From Bordetella parapertussis (GTDB lineage: Bacteria; Pseudomonadota; Gammaproteobacteria; Burkholderiales; SG8-39): 64,000 nucleotides of DNA. Made by a program: the position numbers and the translations under genes. The DNA is taken from positions 684 to 64,683 of the forward strand of contig CAMAWC010000005.1 of the NCBI GenBank assembly GCA_945861875.1. The letters are read 5' to 3'. Shown here piece by piece: positions 55,973 through 64,000 of the stretch. The notes beneath the pieces are model-generated. The model saw only the letters and a program-made list of their open reading frames with translations. It was not told where the DNA came from and searched no databases. Position 1 is the stretch's first letter. Each line of letters begins with the position of its first letter.

Positions 55973-56332
55973 ATGAACCCGCAACTCGAAGGCGCCGAAA
56001 AGTTGCCCGGCACTTACGTGTTCGACCTTGCCACCAGCGCGCGGGCGCTGCGCCTCAACCGTTTTTTGCACGGCATGATCTTGCCGGCCAGGCGCGAACT
56101 GTTCAAGAAAGACCCCGAAGCCGCGTTCGAGCAGGCCGGCCTTTCCGCCGCAGAGCGCGAGATGGTGCGCAAGCTCGACTGGCGCGCCATGCTGCAGCAT
56201 GGCGCGAGCTTTTTTTGCCTGGAAAAACTGGGCAAGGTCACCGACGTGTCCAATCCGATGATGGTCGCCGCTTTTCGCGGCGAGAGCCTCGAGGATTTTC
56301 TCAAGACGCGCAACGTGCCCGGTGCGCGCTAG
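55973..56332 (+). CDS. ligA: LigA-type small subunit (protocatechuate 4,5-dioxygenase alpha-like)
   Basis: 119 aa. ...YVFDLATSARALRLNRFLHGMILPARRELFKKDPEAAFEQAGLSAAEREMV... is the typical LigA domain pattern. Confidence 0.75.
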   Translation: MNPQLEGAEKLPGTYVFDLATSARALRLNRFLHGMILPARRELFKKDPEAAFEQAGLSAAEREMVRKLDWRAMLQHGASFFCLEKLGKVTDVSNPMMVAAFRGESLEDFLKTRNVPGAR

Positions 56333-56377
56333 GCATTCCCCGCCAAATTCGAATGAAAACACTGATCAGCTATTTTT

Positions 56378-56462
56378 CCGTCATTCCCGCGAAAGCGGGA
56401 ATCCAGTGACTTTCGAAATTAAACCCAACGACGCTGGATCCCCGCGTTCGCGGGGATGACGG
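56378..56462. repeat. REP unit (two dRS3-like hairpins)
   Basis: ccgtcattcccgcgaaagcgggaatccagtgactttcgaaattaaacccaacgacgctggatccccgcgttcgcggggatgacgg. Confidence 0.9.
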
Positions 56463-56480
56463 CTTAGTCCAGTATTCCTT

Positions 56481-57215
56481 ATGGGCTGGGACTGGGCGAT
56501 CGTTCTTGCATTGGGCCTTGCCGCCGGCACCATAGGCGGCATTGTCGGCTTTGGCACGTCCATCATCCTGCTGCCAGCGCTGGTGATCGTCTTCGGTCCG
56601 CGCGAAGCGGTGCCCATCATGGCCATCACCGCCATTCTTGCCAACCTGTCGCGCGTGGGCGTGTGGTGGCACGACGTGAACTGGAAGATCTGCGCCGCCT
56701 ACGGCGCCACCGCCATCCCCTTTGCCGGCCTGGGCGCCACCACCTTGCTCAAACTCCCGACCCGCACCATCGAAATCGCCATGGGGGTGTTTTTCCTGCT
56801 GATGATTCCCGGACGACGCTGGCTGCAAAACACCGGCTTCAAGATGAAACTGTGGCACTTCCTGCCGGTGGGTGCGGTCATCGGTTTTCTCACCGGCATT
56901 GTCGTGTCCACCGGCCCGATCAACACGCCGTTTTTCATCGCCTACGGCCTGGTCAAGGGCGGTTTTCTCGCCACTGAAGCGATGAGTTCGCTCGGCATGT
57001 ATATCACCAAGTCCCTCGTCTTCCAGAACTTCGGCGCCCTGCCCTGGGACACCGTCGTCAAGGGCCTTATCGTCGGCTCATCGGTGATGGTCGGCTCCTG
57101 GCTGTCCAAGCGTGTCGTGCTGCGCATGGACGCGGCGCATTTCCGGCTGGTGATGGACGCGATGATGCTGGTCGCCGCGCTGACCATGCTGGCGAGCGCC
57201 GTTCAGGCAGGCTGA
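56481..57215 (+). CDS. TauE/SafE family (sulfite exporter-like) membrane protein
   Basis: 244 aa: LGLAAGTIGGIVGFGTSIILLPALV.... Confidence 0.8.
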   Translation: MGWDWAIVLALGLAAGTIGGIVGFGTSIILLPALVIVFGPREAVPIMAITAILANLSRVGVWWHDVNWKICAAYGATAIPFAGLGATTLLKLPTRTIEIAMGVFFLLMIPGRRWLQNTGFKMKLWHFLPVGAVIGFLTGIVVSTGPINTPFFIAYGLVKGGFLATEAMSSLGMYITKSLVFQNFGALPWDTVVKGLIVGSSVMVGSWLSKRVVLRMDAAHFRLVMDAMMLVAALTMLASAVQAG

Positions 57216-57225
57216 CTTTTCCGGC

Positions 57226-58200
57226 TTACTCCGCCTTCACCCCGGCCGCCGCAATCACCTTTGCCCACTTGGTGATTTCCTCTTCGAGGAATTTGCCGGC
57301 CTGCTCCGGGCTGCTGCCCACGCCCTCGATGCCAAGGGCGTCGAAGCGCCCCTTGATGTCCACGGAATTAACCGCCTTGGCCGTCTCAGCCGACAGGCGC
57401 GCGACGATGTCGCGCGGCGTGCCGGCCGGCGCAAGGAACAACACCCAGGTTGAACCCTCGATGGCCGGACCGCCCGCCTCGACGATGGTCGGCACTTCCG
57501 GCGCACCGGGCGAACGCTTGGCCGCGAACAAGCCGATCGCCCTGATCTTGCCGCCGCGCACCTGCGGCATCAACGCGCTCGGTGTGTCGGTAAACATCTG
57601 GATGTTGCCACCCATCAAGTCGGCCAGCGCCGGCGCCGTGCCCTTGTACGGCACATGCACGATGTCGATGCCGGCGACCTGCTTGAATAATTCCTGCGTC
57701 AGATGGGCCGCCGCGCCGACGCCCGAGGAGGCAAACGATATCTTGCCCGGATTGGCCTTGGCGTAGGCGATGAGTTCCTTCGCATCCTTGACCGGCAGGG
57801 CGTTGGACACCGTCAGGATCAGCGGGGCGATGCCCAGCAGCGACACCGGCGCAAAGCTCTTGACCACATCGTAGGGCAGCCGGCCCGCATACAAGGTGGC
57901 GTTGGCCGCATGCGCGCCTATCACCGTCAAGAAGGTATAGCCGTCTGGCGCGGATTTGGCGGCGAGGTCGGCGCCCAGTATGGAATTGGCGCCCGGCTTG
58001 TTCTCGATGACGATGGTCCAGCCGGTCTGTTCCTGCACCTTTTGCACCACCATGCGCGTCGCGCTGTCGGTAATGCCGCCCGGCGGGTAGGGAATGATCC
58101 ACTTGATCGGCTTGGCCGGCCAGGCGGTTGTCTGCGCCATCAAGGCTGTGGAACACAGCAGAGCAATCACCGCCAAAAACAGTCTGGACATCCGCACCAT
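57226..58200 (-). CDS. Bug family (TctC-like) substrate-binding protein
   Basis: 324 aa, AAGGAGG Shine-Dalgarno, signal peptide, PAKPIKWIIPYPPGG. Confidence 0.87.
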   Translation of the reverse strand: MVRMSRLFLAVIALLCSTALMAQTTAWPAKPIKWIIPYPPGGITDSATRMVVQKVQEQTGWTIVIENKPGANSILGADLAAKSAPDGYTFLTVIGAHAANATLYAGRLPYDVVKSFAPVSLLGIAPLILTVSNALPVKDAKELIAYAKANPGKISFASSGVGAAAHLTQELFKQVAGIDIVHVPYKGTAPALADLMGGNIQMFTDTPSALMPQVRGGKIRAIGLFAAKRSPGAPEVPTIVEAGGPAIEGSTWVLFLAPAGTPRDIVARLSAETAKAVNSVDIKGRFDALGIEGVGSSPEQAGKFLEEEITKWAKVIAAAGVKAE

Positions 58201-58265
58201 GCCGCCTCCTTATTCCCGGTTTTTGTACGCTTTCCGTCTACCTGTAATTCTATGCCTAATCTAAA

Positions 58266-59030
58266 ATGGACGGCATGATCAATTCACTGCGCAACTCGGG
58301 AAAAATCCAGGCCTTCCTAATCCACCTTGGCATCAGCGCCGGCGTGGTCGGCCTGCTGGTGCTGCTGATGCTGACGCAGTGGTATCCGCAACCCTGGTTC
58401 TCGCATGACGGTGGCTGGCACGTGTTCCGGCTGATCCTGCTGGTGGACGTGGTGCTGGGGCCGACGCTGACCCTGGTGGTGTTTCGCCGCGGCAAACCCA
58501 AGCTCCAACGCGACCTTTCCATCATCGTCTCGGTGCAGGTGGCGGCGCTCGCCTACGGCGCGGTGCTGATGTTCCTCTACCGCCCGGTCTTTCTGGTCTA
58601 CGCGGAAAACAATTTTTTCAGCCTGCCCTGGCCGGAGGTCAAGCAAGGCACGCTTGATATCGGACGCATCGAGCCCATGGCCGGGTCACGCGGACCAGCC
58701 CCGGTCATGCTGAGCCTGCCCAAGGATGCTGCCGCGCGGGCGCGCATCCTCGCCGACACGAACAGGCCCGGTGGCCCGATGCTCACCACCCTGGGCGACT
58801 ACTACGAGCCCATGAAGCCGGAGAGCTGGCAAGGCGTGTTCAACCGCGGCGTCAATATCGAGCGCCAGGCCGCCGAGGACGCCGACATCAAGCGCGAGTT
58901 CGAGCGCTTTCGCACCGGCAACAGCCAGCCGCTGGAAACCCTCGCCTTCGTGCCGGCGATCTGCCGCTACGGCGTTATCATGCTGGTGTTTGATCGCAAG
59001 ACCAACGCGCTGGTGGGCTGGCTGAACTAG
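58266..59030 (+). CDS. Membrane protein resembling type IV pilin accessory proteins (FimB/TfpY-like)
   Basis: 254 aa. N-terminal two-TM region with LILLVDVVLGPTLTLVVF. The family call is from memory and is tentative. No pilin gene is nearby. Confidence 0.45.
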   Translation: MDGMINSLRNSGKIQAFLIHLGISAGVVGLLVLLMLTQWYPQPWFSHDGGWHVFRLILLVDVVLGPTLTLVVFRRGKPKLQRDLSIIVSVQVAALAYGAVLMFLYRPVFLVYAENNFFSLPWPEVKQGTLDIGRIEPMAGSRGPAPVMLSLPKDAAARARILADTNRPGGPMLTTLGDYYEPMKPESWQGVFNRGVNIERQAAEDADIKREFERFRTGNSQPLETLAFVPAICRYGVIMLVFDRKTNALVGWLN

Positions 59031-59109
59031 ATGGCTGCGCCCGCGCATCGCCTGGAAATGGCCATCTGGCAAGGCTTTCCAGCCATTGCCCTGCCAGGAG
59101 ACGCGTGCA

Positions 59110-59916
59110 ATGACAAGCACTAAAAACCGCCAACCGGCCATTTTTTTCGGCCACGGCAGCCCCATGGTCACCCTTGGTGACAACCGCTTCACCAAAGCCT
59201 GGCGAGACTGGGGCGATGCGCTGCGCCAGCGCGCGACACCGCCGCGCGCCATTGTCTGCGTCTCGGCGCACTGGTACACCCGCGGCACCGCGGTCACAGC
59301 GATGACCCGCCCCAAGACCATCCACGACTTCGGCGGCTTTCCGCAGGCGCTGTTTGACATACAGTACCCGGCGCCGGGCGACCCCGCCCTCGCCGCGCGC
59401 GTCCGCGAACTGCTCGCGCCGGTGAACGTCATAGCCGATGAACGCGAATGGGGCTTCGATCACGGCACCTGGACGGTGCTGCGCCACGTCTATCCGGAGG
59501 CAGATATTCCGGTGATCCAGCTCAGCATTGACGGCACCCAGCCGGCGCGCTTTCACTACGACCTGGCCAAACGCCTCGCCCCCTTGCGCGACGAGGGCGT
59601 GCTGGTCACCGGCAGCGGCAATGTCGTGCACAACCTGGGCATGATGAAGCGCAACGATGAGGCGGCCGCCTTTGACTGGGCGCAGCGTTTCAACGGCGTG
59701 ATCACCACCGCGCTGCAAAAGCGCGACCATGACGTGCTCATCGACCTTGAACGGCAGGGCGAGGATGCGCGCCTGGCGGTGCCCACCGCCGAACACTACC
59801 TGCCGCTGCTCTATATCGCCGCGCTGCAGGACGACAAGGATAAAATGACCCTCGCCACCAACGAGATCGTCAACGGGTCGCTCAGCATGCTGAGCGCTAC
59901 CGTCGACAGCCGCTAA
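59110..59916 (+). CDS. ygiD: YgiD-type class III extradiol dioxygenase (4,5-DOPA dioxygenase-like)
   Basis: Trimmed to MTSTKNRQPAIFFGHGSPM.... Motifs VSAHW and GSGNVVHN. Confidence 0.85.
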   Translation: MTSTKNRQPAIFFGHGSPMVTLGDNRFTKAWRDWGDALRQRATPPRAIVCVSAHWYTRGTAVTAMTRPKTIHDFGGFPQALFDIQYPAPGDPALAARVRELLAPVNVIADEREWGFDHGTWTVLRHVYPEADIPVIQLSIDGTQPARFHYDLAKRLAPLRDEGVLVTGSGNVVHNLGMMKRNDEAAAFDWAQRFNGVITTALQKRDHDVLIDLERQGEDARLAVPTAEHYLPLLYIAALQDDKDKMTLATNEIVNGSLSMLSATVDSR

Positions 59917-59947
59917 GCTTTTCACTTTTCACCTTTCACTCCTTCAC

Positions 59948-60913
59948 ATGAAACTCCTGACGCGCAGCCTGCTGCTCACCCTGGCGCTGTTCATTTGCGC
60001 CAGCGCAATAGCGCAGTACCCGAACCGGCCGATACGCCTTGTCGTGCCGGCCACCGCCGGTGACGGTTCGGACGTGCTGGCGCGCCTGGTCGGACGCCAC
60101 CTCGCGGATGCACTGGGCCAGCCCATCGTCATCGAGAACCGCCCCGGGGCCGGCGGCAGCATCGCCGGCGCGGCGGTCGCCACGACGGCACCCGACGGCT
60201 ACACGCTGATGCTCGCCAACGGCAGCTCGCACGGCGTCACACCCGGGCTTTACCCGAAACTGCCCTACGACACACTCAAGGATTTTGCCGCGGTCACCAT
60301 GATCGCCAGTTCGCCCAACCTGCTGGTGGTCAACCCGTCGCTGCCGGCCAGCACCATCGCTGAATTCCTCGCCTATGCGCGCGCCAACCCGGGCAAGGTC
60401 AACGTCGCCTCGGCCGGCAACGGCAGCCTGTCACACCTTTCGGTCGAGATGCTCAAGAGCCTGGGCCGCATCGACATCGTCAACGTCGGCTACAAAGGCG
60501 CCGCGCCGGCGCTCAACGACCTCGTCGCCGGGCAGGTGGCGGCGATGATCATCAACATTCCTTCTACGCTGCCCCTCGTCAAGGCCGGCAAGCTGCGCGC
60601 CCTCGCCGCCACCAGCGCCGGGCGGACGCAACTGATGCCCGAGCTGCCGACCCTGGCCGAAGCCGGCCTCAGCGGCTACGAGACCCTCGCCTGGTTCGGC
60701 CTGGTGGCGCCGGCAAAAACCCCGCCCGAGGTGATAGCCAGGCTGCAAAGTGAAACGGCCAAAGTACTCGCACGCCCTGACGTGCGCGCGCAACTGGCCA
60801 ACCTGGGCGCCGAACCCTCGGGCAACAGCTCCGAGGCCTTTGCCGCCTTCATGCAGGCCGAAGTGACAAAATACAGCCGCGTCATCCGTGAGGCGGGCAT
60901 CAAGGTGGAATAA
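59948..60913 (+). CDS. Bug family (TctC-like) substrate-binding protein
   Basis: 321 aa: MKLLTRSLLLTLALFICASAIAQYPNRPIRLVVP.... No purine-rich Shine-Dalgarno sequence upstream. Confidence 0.87.
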   Translation: MKLLTRSLLLTLALFICASAIAQYPNRPIRLVVPATAGDGSDVLARLVGRHLADALGQPIVIENRPGAGGSIAGAAVATTAPDGYTLMLANGSSHGVTPGLYPKLPYDTLKDFAAVTMIASSPNLLVVNPSLPASTIAEFLAYARANPGKVNVASAGNGSLSHLSVEMLKSLGRIDIVNVGYKGAAPALNDLVAGQVAAMIINIPSTLPLVKAGKLRALAATSAGRTQLMPELPTLAEAGLSGYETLAWFGLVAPAKTPPEVIARLQSETAKVLARPDVRAQLANLGAEPSGNSSEAFAAFMQAEVTKYSRVIREAGIKVE

Positions 60914-61047
60914 ACGGTAATTTTTGCGTCAATTGGCCCCGTTGTCGTGCACCGATCCTCAAATACCGGTGCGTGCACCATCAAGACGGCGGCGGCGCGG
61001 CGGCACAGCATGCTTGCATTCACCTACCCAGAGGAAGGATAAAACGC

Positions 61048-61926
61048 ATGAATATCGCAACCGGTGACATCGACAGCGTCAACCACGTTGGCATCGCGGT
61101 TCGCGACCTTGATGCGGTGTGCCAGCTCTATGAGCGCATCGGCTTTACGCTGACGCCGCTCTCCATGCACAAGGGTTCGTTAAATCCCGGTGAAGCGCCC
61201 GTACCCTACGGCACCGGCAACCGCTGTGCCATATTCGGCAAGAACTACCTCGAAATCCTCGCCTGGATAGACAAGGACAAATGGGACTTCGGCATGAAGC
61301 ATTTCCTGTCCCGCCACGAGGGTGCGCATATCATCTGCTTTGGCTGCGGCGATGCCGCCGTGGTGGACAAACGCGTCAGCGGCAACGACATACAGACCTC
61401 AGGGGTCATTCCCCTACAGCGCGATCTCGAAATGCCTGAGGGCACGCGCACCGCCAAGTTCGAATGCGTGCATTTTGGCAAGGGGTTCATGCCCGAGGGC
61501 CTGATCCAGGCGGCCCACCACCTGACGCCGCAATACATACACCAAGACCGCTATGTGCATCACCGCAACGGTGTGACAGCGCTCTCCGACGTCTACCTTT
61601 CCACCTCGGACCCGGACGCTTTCGAAAGGCGCTATGAGAAACTCACCGGCATCAAGGCGCGGCGCGCCGGCCGTCGGCGCGTGTTCGACCTGCCGCTGGT
61701 ATCGCGCGTGAGCATCATCGATTGCAAGGACATGGCGGCGGAGTTTCCCGGTTCCACCTTCCCGGCCGAACCCTGTCTTGCCGGCTATGCTTTTGCCGTC
61801 GGCGACCTGGCAAAAATGGCCGGCATCCTGACAGAGGCCGGCCTCCCCTTCTACCAGGGCAAGTCCCGCCTCGTCGTCCCCGCCAGTGCGATGTTCGGCG
61901 CCACCGTCGTGTTCGAGTCGCCATGA
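61048..61926 (+). CDS. VOC (glyoxalase/dioxygenase) family protein, two-module
   Basis: Trimmed to MNIATGDIDSVNHVGIAVRDLDAV... (GAGGAAGG Shine-Dalgarno). Confidence 0.7.
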   Translation: MNIATGDIDSVNHVGIAVRDLDAVCQLYERIGFTLTPLSMHKGSLNPGEAPVPYGTGNRCAIFGKNYLEILAWIDKDKWDFGMKHFLSRHEGAHIICFGCGDAAVVDKRVSGNDIQTSGVIPLQRDLEMPEGTRTAKFECVHFGKGFMPEGLIQAAHHLTPQYIHQDRYVHHRNGVTALSDVYLSTSDPDAFERRYEKLTGIKARRAGRRRVFDLPLVSRVSIIDCKDMAAEFPGSTFPAEPCLAGYAFAVGDLAKMAGILTEAGLPFYQGKSRLVVPASAMFGATVVFESP

Positions 61927-62777
61927 ACACAAAAAACTCCCTACCCGAGCTTCGCACCGTCATCCTTGGCTCAGCAGCCGGAAAAGCCGCAGGGCTTCGT
62001 ATCGCCTACCGCGAAGCCGGTGCCGCCGCCAGTCCTGCGGTCCTCACCATGCACGGCATAGGATCCAACGCCTCCGGCTATCGCAACCAGCTGCGCGACT
62101 TGAGCGAGCGTTTCCGCATCATCTCCTGGGACGCGCCCGGATATGGCGGTTCGGACCCCTTCCCCGACAACTCGCCATCGGCCGCCGACTATGCCGATGC
62201 GGCGGCCGGACTGCTGGCCGCCCTCGGGGTATCGCGCGCGCATGTGGTGGGCAGTTCGCTCGGTGCCATCTATGGCGCCAAACTGGCGGCGACCCATCCG
62301 GCGCTGGTGCGCAGCCTGGTGCTCTCTGCACCCGCCACCGGCTTTGGCTGCCGCGCCAGCGGTGAGGGTGAGGCACACGCCAACGGCCGGATCGCCGACC
62401 TTGAACGCCTTGGCGCCAGAGGCCTCGCCGACGAGCGTGCCGCAAAACTGGTTGCACCGGGCTCGCCCGCGGAGGTGCTGCGCGTCGCGCACGAAGTCGT
62501 GGCATCAATCAAATTTCCTGGTTACGCCCAGGCCGCGCGCGTTCTTGGCAGCGCGAATATTTTCCTCGATGCCCCGTTGATCAATGCACCCACCCTGATC
62601 CTGGTCGGCGACCTGGACCGCGTGACGTCGCTGGACGTTTGCGCCGGACCGATACATGAGGCTATTGCCGGCAGCCGGCTGGAGGTACTCCAAGGCTGCG
62701 CCCACTTGATCAAGATCGAGGCGGCCGACCGCTTCAACGCGCTGGTCTCTGGCTTTTTCGACCAACACCGCAAATGA
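61923..62777 (+). CDS. Alpha/beta hydrolase
   Basis: Trimmed to MNTKNSLPEL... with an ATGA overlap with the VOC gene. HGIGSN and the nucleophile elbow GSSLG. Confidence 0.8.
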   Translation: MNTKNSLPELRTVILGSAAGKAAGLRIAYREAGAAASPAVLTMHGIGSNASGYRNQLRDLSERFRIISWDAPGYGGSDPFPDNSPSAADYADAAAGLLAALGVSRAHVVGSSLGAIYGAKLAATHPALVRSLVLSAPATGFGCRASGEGEAHANGRIADLERLGARGLADERAAKLVAPGSPAEVLRVAHEVVASIKFPGYAQAARVLGSANIFLDAPLINAPTLILVGDLDRVTSLDVCAGPIHEAIAGSRLEVLQGCAHLIKIEAADRFNALVSGFFDQHRK

Positions 62778-62787
62778 GCGCTTGAGC

Positions 62788-64000
62788 ATGGCTGCCGCCG
62801 CGCCACGCCGCACCCTCGTCAAAGGCGGCTTGCTGCTGGACGCAAATTGCACGGACGGCGTACCGCTCGCCGCGGACATCCTGATCGAGGGTGTCCGTAT
62901 CGCGGCGATCCTGCCACGGGACCGTGACGGCGGCCGGCACCAAGCGCTCATCGAGGGCGCGCAAATAGTCGACGCCGCCGACCGCCTTGTGACGCCGGGT
63001 TTTTTCAACGCGCATTACCACTCACACGACGTGTTCCTCAAGGGATGGTTCGAACCCTCGCCGCTGGAAATGTGGGTGCTCAACGCCCTGCCGCGCAGTT
63101 ATGCGCCACGCTCGGTGGAGGAGATCAGGCTGCGCAGCCTGCTTGGCGCGGCCGAATGCGTCCGCTCCGGCATCACCACCATCCAGGACATGGTGACGCT
63201 GTTTCCGCTCGATGCGTCCCGCGTCGACGCCGTTTTGTCGGCCTACGACGAACTGGGTGTAAGAGTGGTGCTCGGACTGCAGGTGGCCGACGCCCCCCCC
63301 CTCGACACCGTTCCCTACTGGCGCGAAACAATCCCCGCCTCCATGCTCGATCTGCTCAAGGGCTACCCGCTGGACGCCGCCGGTGTGCCCGACCCCCTTG
63401 CCGTGATCGAAGCCTTTTGCCTGGGCGGCGGCCGCCACGGCGACAGGGTTAAATGGGCGATTGCACCGTCCAGCCCCGAGCGCTGCACACCGGCACTGCT
63501 CGGCCGACTGGCCGCCCTCGCCACCCGCTTCGACCTGCCGGTCTACACCCACATTTATATTTCGCGGGCCGAAGCGCTCAATGCCCGCATGAATTTCGGC
63601 GCCCACGGTGGTTCACTGGTCAGCTTTCTTGAATCGGTGGGCCTGCTCAATAACCGGCTTTCCCTGGCGCACGGCGTATGGCTGGACGAGCGCGAAATCG
63701 ACATGCTCGGGCGCGCCGGCGCCAGCGTCGTGCTCAACACCGTCAGCAACCTCAAGAACAAGAACGGAGCCCCGCCGGTACGCCCGCTGATCGAGGCCGG
63801 TGTCAATCTTGCGCTCGGCTGCGATAACTGCAGCTGCACCGACGCGCAGAATATTTTCCAGGCGATGAAAATGACCTCGCTGCTCGCGGCAATCAGCGAT
63901 CCGCGGCCGGGACCGCCCGGGGCCATGGACATGCTGCGCGCCGCAACCGTCGGAGGCGCACGCACGGCGGGGCTGCACGATGAACTGGGCACCCTGGCGC
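62788..64000 (+). CDS. Amidohydrolase family protein (cytosine/guanine deaminase-like), 3'-truncated by the window edge
   Basis: Not in the track because there is no stop in the window. I translated it by hand from ATG 62788: MAAAAPRRTLVKGGLLLD...VTPGFFNAHYHSHD... (metal-binding HxH), open to the window end. Confidence 0.75.
   Translation, partial: MAAAAPRRTLVKGGLLLDANCTDGVPLAADILIEGVRIAAILPRDRDGGRHQALIEGAQIVDAADRLVTPGFFNAHYHSHDVFLKGWFEPSPLEMWVLNALPRSYAPRSVEEIRLRSLLGAAECVRSGITTIQDMVTLFPLDASRVDAVLSAYDELGVRVVLGLQVADAPPLDTVPYWRETIPASMLDLLKGYPLDAAGVPDPLAVIEAFCLGGGRHGDRVKWAIAPSSPERCTPALLGRLAALATRFDLPVYTHIYISRAEALNARMNFGAHGGSLVSFLESVGLLNNRLSLAHGVWLDEREIDMLGRAGASVVLNTVSNLKNKNGAPPVRPLIEAGVNLALGCDNCSCTDAQNIFQAMKMTSLLAAISDPRPGPPGAMDMLRAATVGGARTAGLHDELGTLA

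Noticed and set aside
1-64000. Looked for tRNA, rRNA, tmRNA or SRP-like sequences, transposases, integrases, phage genes, toxin-antitoxin pairs, restriction-modification systems and other defence genes
   Set aside because: I could recognise none by eye. This is an unaided read, so small RNAs or divergent systems could be missed. tRNAscan-SE, Infernal with Rfam, and defence-system HMM scans would settle it.

Overview
This is a high-GC chromosomal segment (by eye about two-thirds G+C) with a betaproteobacterial character: many Bug/TctC-type binding proteins, TRAP transporters, and dRS3-like ATTCCC-N8-GGGAAT hairpin repeats. I can support about 60 protein genes. A housekeeping backbone (fdxA, trxA, rho, rpmE, pgi, orn, phhB, rsgA, maeB, relA, nhaA, class I fumarase) is interleaved with aromatic-acid catabolism and transport clusters: 1.8-10.5 kb (IclR, two flavin hydroxylases, VOC dioxygenase, TRAP dctPQM, FAH hydrolase) and 43.7-64 kb (five orphan Bug binding proteins, ligB/ligA-like dioxygenase, YgiD-like dioxygenase, enolase-superfamily, VOC, alpha/beta-hydrolase and amidohydrolase genes). 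I saw no rRNA, tRNA, CRISPR, IS/transposase, integrase, phage or recognisable defence genes. The most unusual locus is 27.7-28.8 kb. Two oppositely oriented yybP-ykoY (Mn2+) riboswitch-like leaders flank an array of 12 tandem 22-bp units built from alternating GCAAT/ATTGC half-sites. One leader feeds a TerC-family gene, which is the classical arrangement. The other feeds, through an intrinsic terminator, a 114-aa LysR-type DNA-binding-domain-only ORF. Other non-coding structure includes a NIME-like tandem array of about five 146-bp composite hairpin units (1060-1815), dispersed copies of the same hairpin family that punctuate the ligB/ligA locus, a G-free heptad motif found at two gene junctions, and several structured intergenic regions. 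All functional assignments come from reading the translations and recalling family motifs. No database search was run.
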